DNA of 64,000 nt from a virus, in IMG/VR virus record IMGVR_UViG_3300042691_018527, positions 1 through 64,000 of that record; one strand, 5' to 3'. The translations under genes and the position numbers were made by a program. The number at the start of each line of letters is the position of its first letter. Position 1 is the stretch's first letter. Shown piece by piece: positions 18,381-27,221 of this stretch. The notes beneath the pieces were generated by a model that was not told the origin of the DNA, did not search any database, and was given only the letters and a program-made list of their open reading frames with translations.

Positions 18381-18655
18381 ATAATATTTTTACTTAAATC
18401 AGGAAAAAATTTTGGTAGTTCGTTAGAATGTTGATCGAAAAAAGTATTGTCGTCAATACCATGCAATACTACATTTTCCGTTACTACGTTTGGATACGTT
18501 GTTCTTATCTTAACTGCTAAATCTATTATTTTATACATCTCATCTTTATCCCAAAATGAACAAACATCAACTGAACTTGAAAATAGCAAAGATTCCAAAA
18601 TCAATTTTATATCTTCTTCTTGAAGATCGTCTAAGATGTATTTTTTATTTTTCAT
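18377..18655 (-). CDS. Hypothetical protein
   Basis: Coupled ORF; TTGATT-N16-TATTAT upstream. Confidence 0.6.
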   Translation of the reverse strand: MKNKKYILDDLQEEDIKLILESLLFSSSVDVCSFWDKDEMYKIIDLAVKIRTTYPNVVTENVVLHGIDDNTFFDQHSNELPKFFPDLSKNII

Positions 18656-18702
18656 GACATTATTAATAATAATATCAAAAAATAAAAAATAATCAAATTT
18701 TA

Positions 18703-19095
18703 TTATATGTCAGTTGATGATTTGATTTCTTGTGGTTCAGTTTTAACTGAAACCGGATTAAAAATACTTTTAAGTGTTTTTAAAATTTTAACAATATCTT
18801 CCGATTGTTTAGAATTTCTAGGATTTAAAGATAAAATTTCTTTAATATCACTGTCTTTTAATTTAGACTCAGGGTTTGAGTAAAAAATTTTCATTGAATT
18901 TGCCAATTCTGCAATTTCATCATTACTGACAATAGGCAATTCTGATTGTTCAGGTTCTTGTTGTTCTACTGGTTGTTCTACTGGTTGTTCTACTGGTTGC
19001 GATTGATCGGGAACAGGTGATTGTTGTTGCATCTGCTCATCTTGTTCATTTAAAATGTTTTCTATTTTATTGCAAAGATTTAAAAATTTACTCAT
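18703..19095 (-). CDS. Hypothetical late protein with QPVE repeats
   Basis: TATAAATA at 19101-19108 directly before ATG 19095 (MSKFLNL...); 12-bp tandem encoding QPVEQPVEQPVE. Confidence 0.6.
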   Translation of the reverse strand: MSKFLNLCNKIENILNEQDEQMQQQSPVPDQSQPVEQPVEQPVEQQEPEQSELPIVSNDEIAELANSMKIFYSNPESKLKDSDIKEILSLNPRNSKQSEDIVKILKTLKSIFNPVSVKTEPQEIKSSTDI

Positions 19096-19108
19096 AATGA
19101 TATTTATA

Positions 19109-19357
19109 CTATTTTTTTGATAATTCAAAAAGTTCCTTCAGTGCTTCTTCAAAAGAAACGGGCCTAACATCTAAAGATTTTTCACTTTTAATATTGGTTT
19201 TGGGTTCTTCTGGTATTATACTTTTCATTTGTTGAAATACTGTTTTCTCTAAATTAAGTATTGTGGGATCTCTCTCAATTGGCGGTAATCCAAAAGCCGA
19301 AACTCTTGATTTGTTTACTTGTGTTTGATATACTTGGTCTAAATCCATATTAAACAC
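19109..19357 (-). CDS. Hypothetical protein
   Basis: Packed ORF downstream of the endolysin. Confidence 0.55.
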   Translation of the reverse strand: MFNMDLDQVYQTQVNKSRVSAFGLPPIERDPTILNLEKTVFQQMKSIIPEEPKTNIKSEKSLDVRPVSFEEALKELFELSKK

Positions 19358-19970
19358 AAGATTCTACTAGCTTTGCTTCAGCTTCTCTTCTTTCTAGTAA
19401 ACCATCGAGTCCTTTACCTTCCCAAATTCTTTTCATTTTTCTCAATTCTCTTGCAATTCCTTTATAATTTTTTTTAGGTACAAGATTTTTTATATTTCTC
19501 ATTTCTAATCTAGAATCTCCATTTAAACTTGTTCCTCTATTAAAAACCAAAGAAACTATTGCACCGTATGCATTATCACAGAGTTGATCTAAACCAGGAA
19601 AAGTTTTTTCTGCCAATTTTGTAAATTTTGGCCAAGTTAATTTTTCAAAAATTTTAATTGCATCTTCCCATTTAACAGTGATGTTTGATTTTCTCAAAAT
19701 CTTTGTATATTCTTTTCCTTTTTGTCCTGTTTTACCAGAAGCTTTTGTGATTAATTCAATTTCACTTTGAGATAAGAAATTAAAAATTTTTTTTAATTCT
19801 TCTGGTGTGTAGTATGCACAATCAACTCCTATTCCAATAGTTGGACCAGATGCGCCCTCTGGCCACGTGAATTTAGATAAAAATTTGTCATAGTATGCTT
19901 TACCGCCACCAACTTCATATTTTAATAATAAATTAAATGTATCTTCTGATAATTTATAATTCATAATCAT
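19350..19970 (-). CDS. Endolysin, lysozyme-fold (pesticin/GH24-like) muramidase
   Basis: LLKYEVGG...WPEGASGPTIGIGVD, AIVSLVFNRG, GLLERREAEAKL; adjacent to holin. Confidence 0.8.
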   Translation of the reverse strand: MIMNYKLSEDTFNLLLKYEVGGGKAYYDKFLSKFTWPEGASGPTIGIGVDCAYYTPEELKKIFNFLSQSEIELITKASGKTGQKGKEYTKILRKSNITVKWEDAIKIFEKLTWPKFTKLAEKTFPGLDQLCDNAYGAIVSLVFNRGTSLNGDSRLEMRNIKNLVPKKNYKGIARELRKMKRIWEGKGLDGLLERREAEAKLVESCV

Positions 19971-20379
19971 CTTCCTTTGAATTAGATATAATATATGTTA
20001 TTTGTTCTTCTTTTATAAACGTTTGATCTCCAGACAAACTAACATCTGAATTAGATTGCATTCTATAATCTAATATGGTTTGAACTCCTAAATAACTAGC
20101 TATTATAACTGCAAGTATTTTAATTGTTTCCGTAAAGATTGAAACAAACGGAACTGTTAAAGTTGGAGATGCTGCTGTTAAAAATAATACAAATATGCTT
20201 ACACCATAAAATATTGCAAGAATTATAACCGAACAAAAAACAACATAAAATTTTTTGGAAGCTAAAAAATTAACTTTACTCAGGTCATCTTTGTATTGCA
20301 ATGGTGTATTAGGTGGAACTTTACCACTATGCAACATTGAAGATGCGGTTTGTGCAATCTGTACTATTTTTTCCCACAT
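19954..20379 (-). CDS. Putative holin (2 TM helices)
   Basis: SKKFYVVFCSVIILAIFYGVSIFVLFL and IKILAVIIASYLGVQ; overlaps the endolysin start. Confidence 0.7.
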   Translation of the reverse strand: MWEKIVQIAQTASSMLHSGKVPPNTPLQYKDDLSKVNFLASKKFYVVFCSVIILAIFYGVSIFVLFLTAASPTLTVPFVSIFTETIKILAVIIASYLGVQTILDYRMQSNSDVSLSGDQTFIKEEQITYIISNSKEDDYEL

Positions 20380-20380
20380 T

Positions 20381-20500
20381 TTAAAATATAAAAGCTAATA
20401 ACAATCCGGTAATAATACCTAAAATAAATAAAAATGCTCTTGGATATGCCCAAGAAAAATCTATTATTTTTTCTTTAATTTTTTCTATTGTAGTTTTCAT
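20381..20500 (-). CDS. 39-aa single-TM micro-protein in lysis cassette (not in ORF track)
   Basis: MKTTIEKIKEKIIDFSWAYPRAFLFILGIITGLLLAFIF*. ATGA overlap with the upstream stop; stop 1 nt before the holin ATG. Confidence 0.7.
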   Translation of the reverse strand: MKTTIEKIKEKIIDFSWAYPRAFLFILGIITGLLLAFIF

Positions 20501-21165
20501 AAAATTCCTTTAATTCTGAGGTAAATACCTCCAACTATACTTAATATTAAACCGAATATGGTTATATAAAGTCTTGTTATTAGTAAATCTTTTTCTACTA
20601 ATTTTTTTTGCATGTTATTTAAATCAATAACCATTTGGTTATTATATTTTAATTGTTTTTGCAATTCAGCATCTATGTCGTTTGCTAGTTTTTTAAGATT
20701 TGCATTATCAACTTCCAACTGTTCTTTAAATTTTTTAGTTTGTAACAATTCATTCCATTCTTCAGAATTTTCTATTAACAACTTTGCATGTTTAAGTGAT
20801 TCTGGTATAACCAATCTTAATACTTGTTCATCTTCTTCTGTTTCAGAAGTAGCTTTTATAATACTTGTGTTGATTTTAGAACCGGTATTAACGTTACTAG
20901 ACCCTCTTTTAACGACTGTCGTTTTATTGATTGCTTCAATTTTTTTTGTAGATGATGTAATTATAGGTGGAACTGTTATTTGAGTTTTAGGTGCATATGC
21001 CAATCTTTTTGCTTGTTCTGCATATGGACCGGCTTTATCAAACCTAGCATTTTTTATACTTTCAGCAGTAGCATAAACTGCTTGAGATAATGCTTCACTT
21101 CTTTTTTCTGTGTACACCGCACAGCCGCACAAAAGTATTAGAATCAATATTAATGTATATTTCAT
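20497..21165 (-). CDS. Putative unimolecular spanin
   Basis: Lipoprotein signal MKYTLILILILLCG|C, coiled coil, C-terminal TM LYITIFGLILSIVGGIYL; first gene of the lysis cassette. Confidence 0.7.
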   Translation of the reverse strand: MKYTLILILILLCGCAVYTEKRSEALSQAVYATAESIKNARFDKAGPYAEQAKRLAYAPKTQITVPPIITSSTKKIEAINKTTVVKRGSSNVNTGSKINTSIIKATSETEEDEQVLRLVIPESLKHAKLLIENSEEWNELLQTKKFKEQLEVDNANLKKLANDIDAELQKQLKYNNQMVIDLNNMQKKLVEKDLLITRLYITIFGLILSIVGGIYLRIKGIL

Positions 21166-21246
21166 ATATTAATATTTACTTTAATATATTTAATATATTA
21201 ATTATTAAAAAGAAATATAAAAGAAATATAAAAAGGATGACATCCT

Positions 21247-21275
21247 ATTTTACCCACCACCTATTCAAATGTCAA
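21247..21275 (-). promoter_or_regulatory. Near-consensus sigma70 promoter followed by a 13-bp palindrome and an AT-rich tract
   Basis: TTGACA-N17-TAAAAT; AGGATG-A-CATCCT at 21234-21246. Confidence 0.65.
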
Positions 21276-21786
21276 TAGGCAATTTTGATTTTTTTATATT
21301 TTTTTGCAAAAATAACTCATCTTCACCAGAAGGAAGTAAACAAGGTATTCCACTAAAACTACCTTTAATCTTTTCAAAAAGAAAAACATTTTCATTTTTA
21401 TTTTCAATAAAATTAGGTAAAATGTTTTTACATATTCTTTTACAATGTTTTATAAATTTTTCACAATCTTCGAAATATTCACACCAAACATTTAAAACTG
21501 GTTTTTTAACAAAAAAACAAAAAGTCGAACAATGTTGTTTTAAAACAAATTTATTAAATTTTTCAAAATCTTGTAAAATTCTTCTATTTAAAAACTCTTT
21601 TACAATTTTATTCTTATAAATTATTTTTTCTTGTTTTACCATATTCCATTCATGTAGGTAGTCAACAAGTTCTGATCCCAATTCTTCAATATAATCGAAT
21701 ACGTCAAAAATTAACACATTCTCTTTTAAATAATATATGAAATAATCTTTATTACTTCTTTTCACCACTATCCAGTATAGCATCAA
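21265..21786 (-). CDS. Hypothetical protein (start uncertain, GTG at 21765 plausible)
   Basis: Long ORF in the operon orientation. Confidence 0.55.
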   Translation of the reverse strand: MMLYWIVVKRSNKDYFIYYLKENVLIFDVFDYIEELGSELVDYLHEWNMVKQEKIIYKNKIVKEFLNRRILQDFEKFNKFVLKQHCSTFCFFVKKPVLNVWCEYFEDCEKFIKHCKRICKNILPNFIENKNENVFLFEKIKGSFSGIPCLLPSGEDELFLQKNIKKSKLPIDI

Positions 21787-22288
21787 TCAAAACTTCTTCC
21801 ACGATTTCTTGTGGTAAACTTAGATTTGCCATTTTTACTGTTTCGTTTATTTCTTTATATTGTACAGACAATCTTTTTTTAATCTCAAATACTTTCAAAT
21901 GTTGTTCTTTTGATAGATTTGCAAAAGTTGGTCTTGTGTGAATGCTCAATGCTTCCATTAACGATTGACTAGCTGATGCGATAATACCACACATTCTTTT
22001 GTAGAATCTATTTAACGGAGAAACATAATCATTGTCTTTTATGTTTAAATTTTCAAACAAATAATTCAAAACAACCGATTTTTCGGTATGTTCTTTTACA
22101 TTTGCCAAAAATTCTGGACCTCTAACGTGTGATTTACCAAAAGGGTTATATAAACAACCACCACCTAAGTATTTGGAACCGCAATATATACATTTATCTG
22201 GTGAATCAAAATGGACGTGTGTTTTTGTAGAAGAAAACAAACAAGGCTTCCCATAAGAAGTAGAATTACAGTATATACAACGACCCAT
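21752..22288 (-). CDS. Protein with two tandem CxxC-x8-C...H putative Zn modules
   Basis: CIYCNSTSYGKPCLFSSTKTHVH and CIYCGSKYLGGGCLYNPFGKSHVR. Confidence 0.6.
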   Translation of the reverse strand: MGRCIYCNSTSYGKPCLFSSTKTHVHFDSPDKCIYCGSKYLGGGCLYNPFGKSHVRGPEFLANVKEHTEKSVVLNYLFENLNIKDNDYVSPLNRFYKRMCGIIASASQSLMEALSIHTRPTFANLSKEQHLKVFEIKKRLSVQYKEINETVKMANLSLPQEIVEEVLIDAILDSGEKK

Positions 22289-22291
22289 ATT

Positions 22292-22729
22292 TTATATATT
22301 TACAATATTTTTAAACTTTACCAATTCATCTTTAGGTGGGGTGCCAATTCTGACATTAATAATTCCATTATAATAATTTTCATCAAGAAGAACGTTTTTA
22401 TCAATTTGTTCTTTTATCTCATAATAGGCCAATGACCATTTGGAATCACACACTCTCATTATCTTGAATGTAAAATTTTCTTTTCCATATTTTTGAATAT
22501 CTTCGTTTAAATCTTTAGATGAACTTGTATAAGATTTCCAATCCGATTCTTTAAAATCAATTCTTTTTCTTTTTTTACCCTTTAAAGGTTTTCTTCTAAT
22601 TTTTGAAATACATTGTTTTTTACCAATATATTTTTTATTTGTTATATTATTCGTTATTTCGTATATAAAACCAAACGTTTCTTCTGTTATTAAAACGTTT
22701 TCATTTAAAATCCAATGTCCAGTTTCCAT
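22292..22729 (-). CDS. GIY-YIG endonuclease
   Basis: GFIYEITNNITNKKYIGKK, WKSYTSSS, YYNGII. Confidence 0.85.
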   Translation of the reverse strand: METGHWILNENVLITEETFGFIYEITNNITNKKYIGKKQCISKIRRKPLKGKKRKRIDFKESDWKSYTSSSKDLNEDIQKYGKENFTFKIMRVCDSKWSLAYYEIKEQIDKNVLLDENYYNGIINVRIGTPPKDELVKFKNIVNI

Positions 22730-22968
22730 TACATTGATGGTTTTGGTCTACGAATAACTTTAGGAAAAAATTTCTTTTTCTTTTTCTTTTTGCTTTTTTT
22801 ATTTGGCAATGCAGTTGCCATTGCACCTTTTATGTTATCAGTATACCCACCAATAGGGTTTATAGACGTTGGGTTTGATATTTCAGCACCAATAGCCGGT
22901 GTCCCAAATGCAGTGGCACTACTATTTTCCAAAATACTAGATATTAAAGTTTGAAATTTATTAAACAT
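22729..22968 (-). CDS. Small basic late protein
   Basis: Poly-Lys C-terminus; TAAGTA at 22989-22994 (minus strand). Confidence 0.55.
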   Translation of the reverse strand: MFNKFQTLISSILENSSATAFGTPAIGAEISNPTSINPIGGYTDNIKGAMATALPNKKSKKKKKKKFFPKVIRRPKPSM

Positions 22969-22993
22969 ATATTATAATATAACATATATACTT

Positions 22994-23392
22994 ATGGACC
23001 TCTTTTATCAATACGTGGAAGAAATACAAGAAGATGTTAAGTTTGACCAAATAAACATCTTAGAAAAACAATTGTCTCTTCCTGCAATAAAACACAAATG
23101 GGTGTCTCGGTTAATTACACAAAAAAGAAACAAAAATAATCTTGAACAGAAAAAAATAGATTTAAAGGAAGATGTTTTAAAAACTTTAACTGAAAAAGGA
23201 ATTCCTACTGGAATTCCAAAAGCTGCTTTAACTGCAAAAGTAGAATCTTCTGAAACAATTAGAAAAATAAATCAAGATTTAAAAGAAATTGATCTAATAA
23301 TAGAGTATTTAGAAAAAGTTGAAAAAATAATGTCTTCATTAACTTATGATATTGGAAATGCCACCAAAATAATGACATTAGAAGTAACATGA
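22994..23392 (+). CDS. uvsY: Recombination mediator UvsY-like
   Basis: 132-aa helical protein (LPAIKHKW, IIEYLEKV, YDIGNA) directly upstream of uvsW. Confidence 0.75.
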   Translation: MDLFYQYVEEIQEDVKFDQINILEKQLSLPAIKHKWVSRLITQKRNKNNLEQKKIDLKEDVLKTLTEKGIPTGIPKAALTAKVESSETIRKINQDLKEIDLIIEYLEKVEKIMSSLTYDIGNATKIMTLEVT

Positions 23393-24813
23393 TTGTTAAT
23401 TTTAAAAAGAATAATAAAAACGGTCAGATATTATCAGATATAGATACTTTAAATTTGATAAGAGAATACTTTTCGGTCCCAAATAAAGCATTTGGTAGAA
23501 GAAACAATAGATTTTCACAAAGAAGACTCTACGCAATAACACAATCGGGAAAATTTGAGATTGGAATGTTAAAAAATATAATCCAATTTTTGGATTTGAA
23601 TCAAATAAAATACTCAATAGATGATGATTTGTTAAAGTCAATAAATCCAGTTATTGGTAATATACAAATTAAAACATTTAAAAATCTTATATACAGAGAA
23701 CATCAACAAAAATCAATAGAGTTAGCTCTTAAAAATGGTAGAGGCTTGGTTATTATTCCAACAGCTGGTGGTAAAACACTTATTATGGCTGGAATAATAG
23801 AAAGTATTCGCAAAAGCTTAAATCAACCAGATGCACTAGCAATGGTTTTAGTACCATCCATACAACTTGTAGAACAAACATCAAAAGACTTTGAGGAATA
23901 TGGTATCGAAAAAGTAACTAAATGGTCTGGTAACAATAAACTTGATGACTCAGCAACTACCATAATAGCAGGAAATCAATTTTTATTGAGTGATAAAACA
24001 GATCTTTCTATTTTATCAAATGTTAAAATATTATTAGTTGATGAAGCTCATGTTGTGAGAAAAAACAACGAAATAAACAAAATTTTTAATTTAATTAATA
24101 CTGATTATATATTTGGGTTTACTGGAACTTTACCAAGTACACCATTGGATGAATGGAACATAATAGGCAAAATTGGACCTATTCTATATGAGGAAAAAAC
24201 AAAAGATTTAAAAATTAAAAAATATGTTTCTAATTTTAAAATTATTGTTTTAAACATTAATCACAAAAATCCTCCTAGATTTACACCAAATCCATTAAAT
24301 CCAACTGAGGCGTATTCAAACGAGATAGATTATTTGATGAACAATCAAAGACGGAATGAAATTATAGCAAAAATAGCACACAAAATTAAAAATAACACAA
24401 TAATAATGGTCGATAGAATTGACCATGGTATAAACTTAGAAAATGAACTTAAAAAAATGTGTGGTGATGAAAAACTTATATATTTTATAAGAGGTTCCAC
24501 CGAAATGGAAGAAAGAGAACAAATAAGAAAACTTATGGAACAAAAAAGTAACGTTGTTGCAGTTGCTGTCTCAAAAATTTTTAGTACTGGTATTAACATA
24601 CCAAACCTCCATAACATTATTTTTGCATCTGCTGGAAAAGCAAAAATCAAAATAATGCAGTCAATTGGTCGAGCATTAAGATTGCACCCTACAAAGCAAA
24701 TGGCAGCCATAATCGACATAGCAGATAATACAAAATATGGAATAACACATTTAAAAGAAAGAACAGAACTTTACAAAAAAGAAAACTACAATTATGAAAA
24801 AAAAGAAATATAG
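23389..24813 (+). CDS. uvsW: UvsW SF2 helicase
   Basis: PTAGGKT, DEAH, GFTGT, FSTGINIPNL, QSIGRALR. Confidence 0.93.
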   Translation: MIVNFKKNNKNGQILSDIDTLNLIREYFSVPNKAFGRRNNRFSQRRLYAITQSGKFEIGMLKNIIQFLDLNQIKYSIDDDLLKSINPVIGNIQIKTFKNLIYREHQQKSIELALKNGRGLVIIPTAGGKTLIMAGIIESIRKSLNQPDALAMVLVPSIQLVEQTSKDFEEYGIEKVTKWSGNNKLDDSATTIIAGNQFLLSDKTDLSILSNVKILLVDEAHVVRKNNEINKIFNLINTDYIFGFTGTLPSTPLDEWNIIGKIGPILYEEKTKDLKIKKYVSNFKIIVLNINHKNPPRFTPNPLNPTEAYSNEIDYLMNNQRRNEIIAKIAHKIKNNTIIMVDRIDHGINLENELKKMCGDEKLIYFIRGSTEMEEREQIRKLMEQKSNVVAVAVSKIFSTGINIPNLHNIIFASAGKAKIKIMQSIGRALRLHPTKQMAAIIDIADNTKYGITHLKERTELYKKENYNYEKKEI

Positions 24814-25435
24814 CAAAAAAGCATTTAAAGATGATTTAGATGATTTAGAAGAATTATACGATCTTCAAATTGAAGATGAAACAGATGAAACCATAGAAGA
24901 CGATGGTTTTGTTTTACCTGATTCGGAAATAGATTCATTTGAAGAAGATTCAGATGAAATATTAGAAGAAGAAGAAGAAGAAGAAAAAGAAATACAAGAA
25001 CTTCCACCAAAAGTAAAAAAGAAAGCATTAAAAGAAAAATTTTACGTAGAGCCGAAATTGTTTGACGAGGAAATAATGAAATATTATGATAGTGGTGTTA
25101 TGACAAACGAACTAGCTGAGATGGTTAGTAAAATTTCACATAAACTTAGCTATGCAAGTAATTTCATCAATTATTCTTATAGAGAAGAAATGGTTGGTGA
25201 CGGAGTCATACGAATGATGAAGGCGTTGATTTCAAAAAAATATAACAGAACTAAAGGAACTAACCCGTTCTCTTATTTTACAAGAATAGCATTTAATGCT
25301 TTTAGAAATAGAATTAAAAAAGAAAAACACATACACGAAACTCACGAAAAATACAAAGAAGAGCTAATGTTCATGTCTGGTTGTGTAAGCAATTTAAACA
25401 AAAATAAAAACGGAAAGAAAAAAAATAATTACTGA
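24794..25435 (+). CDS. gp55: Late-transcription sigma factor (gp55-like) with acidic N-terminal extension
   Basis: NFINYSYREEMVGDG, NPFSYFTRIAFNAFRNRIKKEK. Confidence 0.92.
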   Translation: MKKKKYSKKAFKDDLDDLEELYDLQIEDETDETIEDDGFVLPDSEIDSFEEDSDEILEEEEEEEKEIQELPPKVKKKALKEKFYVEPKLFDEEIMKYYDSGVMTNELAEMVSKISHKLSYASNFINYSYREEMVGDGVIRMMKALISKKYNRTKGTNPFSYFTRIAFNAFRNRIKKEKHIHETHEKYKEELMFMSGCVSNLNKNKNGKKKNNY

Positions 25436-26469
25436 TGAAAATTAAAAGCAAAAAAATTGGATGTTTTTCCGACATACATCTTGGTCTTGGTCAAGATGGT
25501 GAAATGTGGCATAAAATATCTTTGGATTTTGCTGAATGGGCATCTTCTCTATATAGAGAAAAAGAAATAGATGAAATAATAATACCAGGAGACGTGTTTC
25601 ACAATAGAAGTCAAATTTCAGTAGAAACATTGTCGATTGCAAAAAAGTTTTTTGATTATTTTAAAGATTTTAAAATACTAATTTCAGCTGGTAATCATGA
25701 TTGTTTTTTAAAAAACACAAGCGTTATAAATTCGATATCATTGTTAGATGGTTGGAACAATATAACAGTTGTTGATAAAGATCCACTTGTCATAGAAGCT
25801 AATAATAAAAAAGTATCATTGATACCTTGGGGCGTTGAGATAGACCAAATGCCAAAAGTTGATATTATGTTTGGTCATTTTGAAATTAATTCTTTCCATA
25901 TGAATTCTTACAAAATATGTGAGCATGGAATGTCATATTCAAATCTTTTAAAAAAAGCTAAGACGGTTATATCTGGACATTTTCATAAAAAAGACCATAA
26001 AACATATCAAACTGGACAGATTGTGTATTTAGGAAGTCCATATCAACACAATTTTGGTGATATGCTAGATGATAGAGGGATTTATATATTTGATATAGAA
26101 AATGAATCATTTGAGTTTATAGAAAATACAATATCACCCAAACATTATAAAATATATACTAGCAAATACGATGAAAGTGATGAAAAAACAAACCAAATAA
26201 TAAAAAATAATATAATCAGTTTGGTTGTTGATAAAAAAATAGAACAAGATGAATTTATTAAACTAACATCAAAAATATCAAAACACGTCCCCCTTAACAT
26301 TAGATCTGAATATGAAGAAAGACAAGAAAATCAAGAGGAAGATGTAGAAAAAGAGTATGATTCCGGTAATTTATTAAAAGATATAGACGATTATATTCAG
26401 AATTTAGATATTCAACATAAAAAAGAAGTTGCGGACTATATCAAACAACTATATACTTTATTAACATGA
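25435..26469 (+). CDS. gp47: Recombination endonuclease subunit (Mre11/SbcD-like gp47)
   Basis: SDIHLG, GDVFH, GNHD, GHFE, SGHFH, YLGSPYQ. Confidence 0.93.
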   Translation: MKIKSKKIGCFSDIHLGLGQDGEMWHKISLDFAEWASSLYREKEIDEIIIPGDVFHNRSQISVETLSIAKKFFDYFKDFKILISAGNHDCFLKNTSVINSISLLDGWNNITVVDKDPLVIEANNKKVSLIPWGVEIDQMPKVDIMFGHFEINSFHMNSYKICEHGMSYSNLLKKAKTVISGHFHKKDHKTYQTGQIVYLGSPYQHNFGDMLDDRGIYIFDIENESFEFIENTISPKHYKIYTSKYDESDEKTNQIIKNNIISLVVDKKIEQDEFIKLTSKISKHVPLNIRSEYEERQENQEEDVEKEYDSGNLLKDIDDYIQNLDIQHKKEVADYIKQLYTLLT

Positions 26470-27221
26470 CAACACAAGACATTGGAATAGCCATATTAGA
26501 CGTTTATACCGAGGCAGATTTATTAAATTGTTATAATAGCGTATCTGGACTTGAAAACGTTTTAATAGTTTCTAATACAAAAAATAATTTACCTGATTGT
26601 AATTCAAGAAGATATGATAACCAAGTTCCTTTTGCAACACTTAGGAATCATGCATTGTCTCAGTTTAGATTAATGGGTTTAAAACATTTCTTTTTGATAA
26701 ATTCAAACCAAATTATTAAAAATAAAAATGTGTTTTCGGATATTATAAAAACAGCAGAGATATTTGGAACGTGGTGCATAACGGGACCATCTGAAAAATT
26801 ATTGAGTATTGAAGACGATAAAACAAATACATCTTTAACTATATCTGAAAAATTAAATAGCGATTTTATTTACATATTCAATGGTATAGTTTCCAATGTT
26901 GGTTATTTCGATGAAAGATTTTTTAACACAAAAGACTTGGATGTACTTGATTATATTTTAAGAATGAGAGAAAAAGGAGTTTATCCTGTAAAAAACTATC
27001 ATCCAGTTTACACAGAAAACATAGATTCTTCTAATAGTTTGATTCAAAAAATAAACCATAAAGAAATGAATGATGCTGATCAAAGTGTTAATTTATCTTA
27101 TGCATATTTTTTACACAAATATCAATATATGCCATCGCAAAATGACCCAGCGTCAGTATCAAAAGATGAACTTTTAAAAAATTTAGAGGAAATTCAACAA
27201 AAATACGCTAAAAATGAATAA
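26466..27221 (+). CDS. Degenerate GT2-like protein
   Basis: IGIAIL start, FATLRNHAL, VGYFDERF; the DxD motif appears replaced (FLINSN). Confidence 0.55.
   Translation: MTTQDIGIAILDVYTEADLLNCYNSVSGLENVLIVSNTKNNLPDCNSRRYDNQVPFATLRNHALSQFRLMGLKHFFLINSNQIIKNKNVFSDIIKTAEIFGTWCITGPSEKLLSIEDDKTNTSLTISEKLNSDFIYIFNGIVSNVGYFDERFFNTKDLDVLDYILRMREKGVYPVKNYHPVYTENIDSSNSLIQKINHKEMNDADQSVNLSYAYFLHKYQYMPSQNDPASVSKDELLKNLEEIQQKYAKNE

Noticed and set aside
22292-22729. GIY-YIG gene as a mobile homing endonuclease
   Set aside because: Catalytic domain only, with no DNA-binding extension and not inside an intron; more like the small conserved nuclease of T4-like phages.
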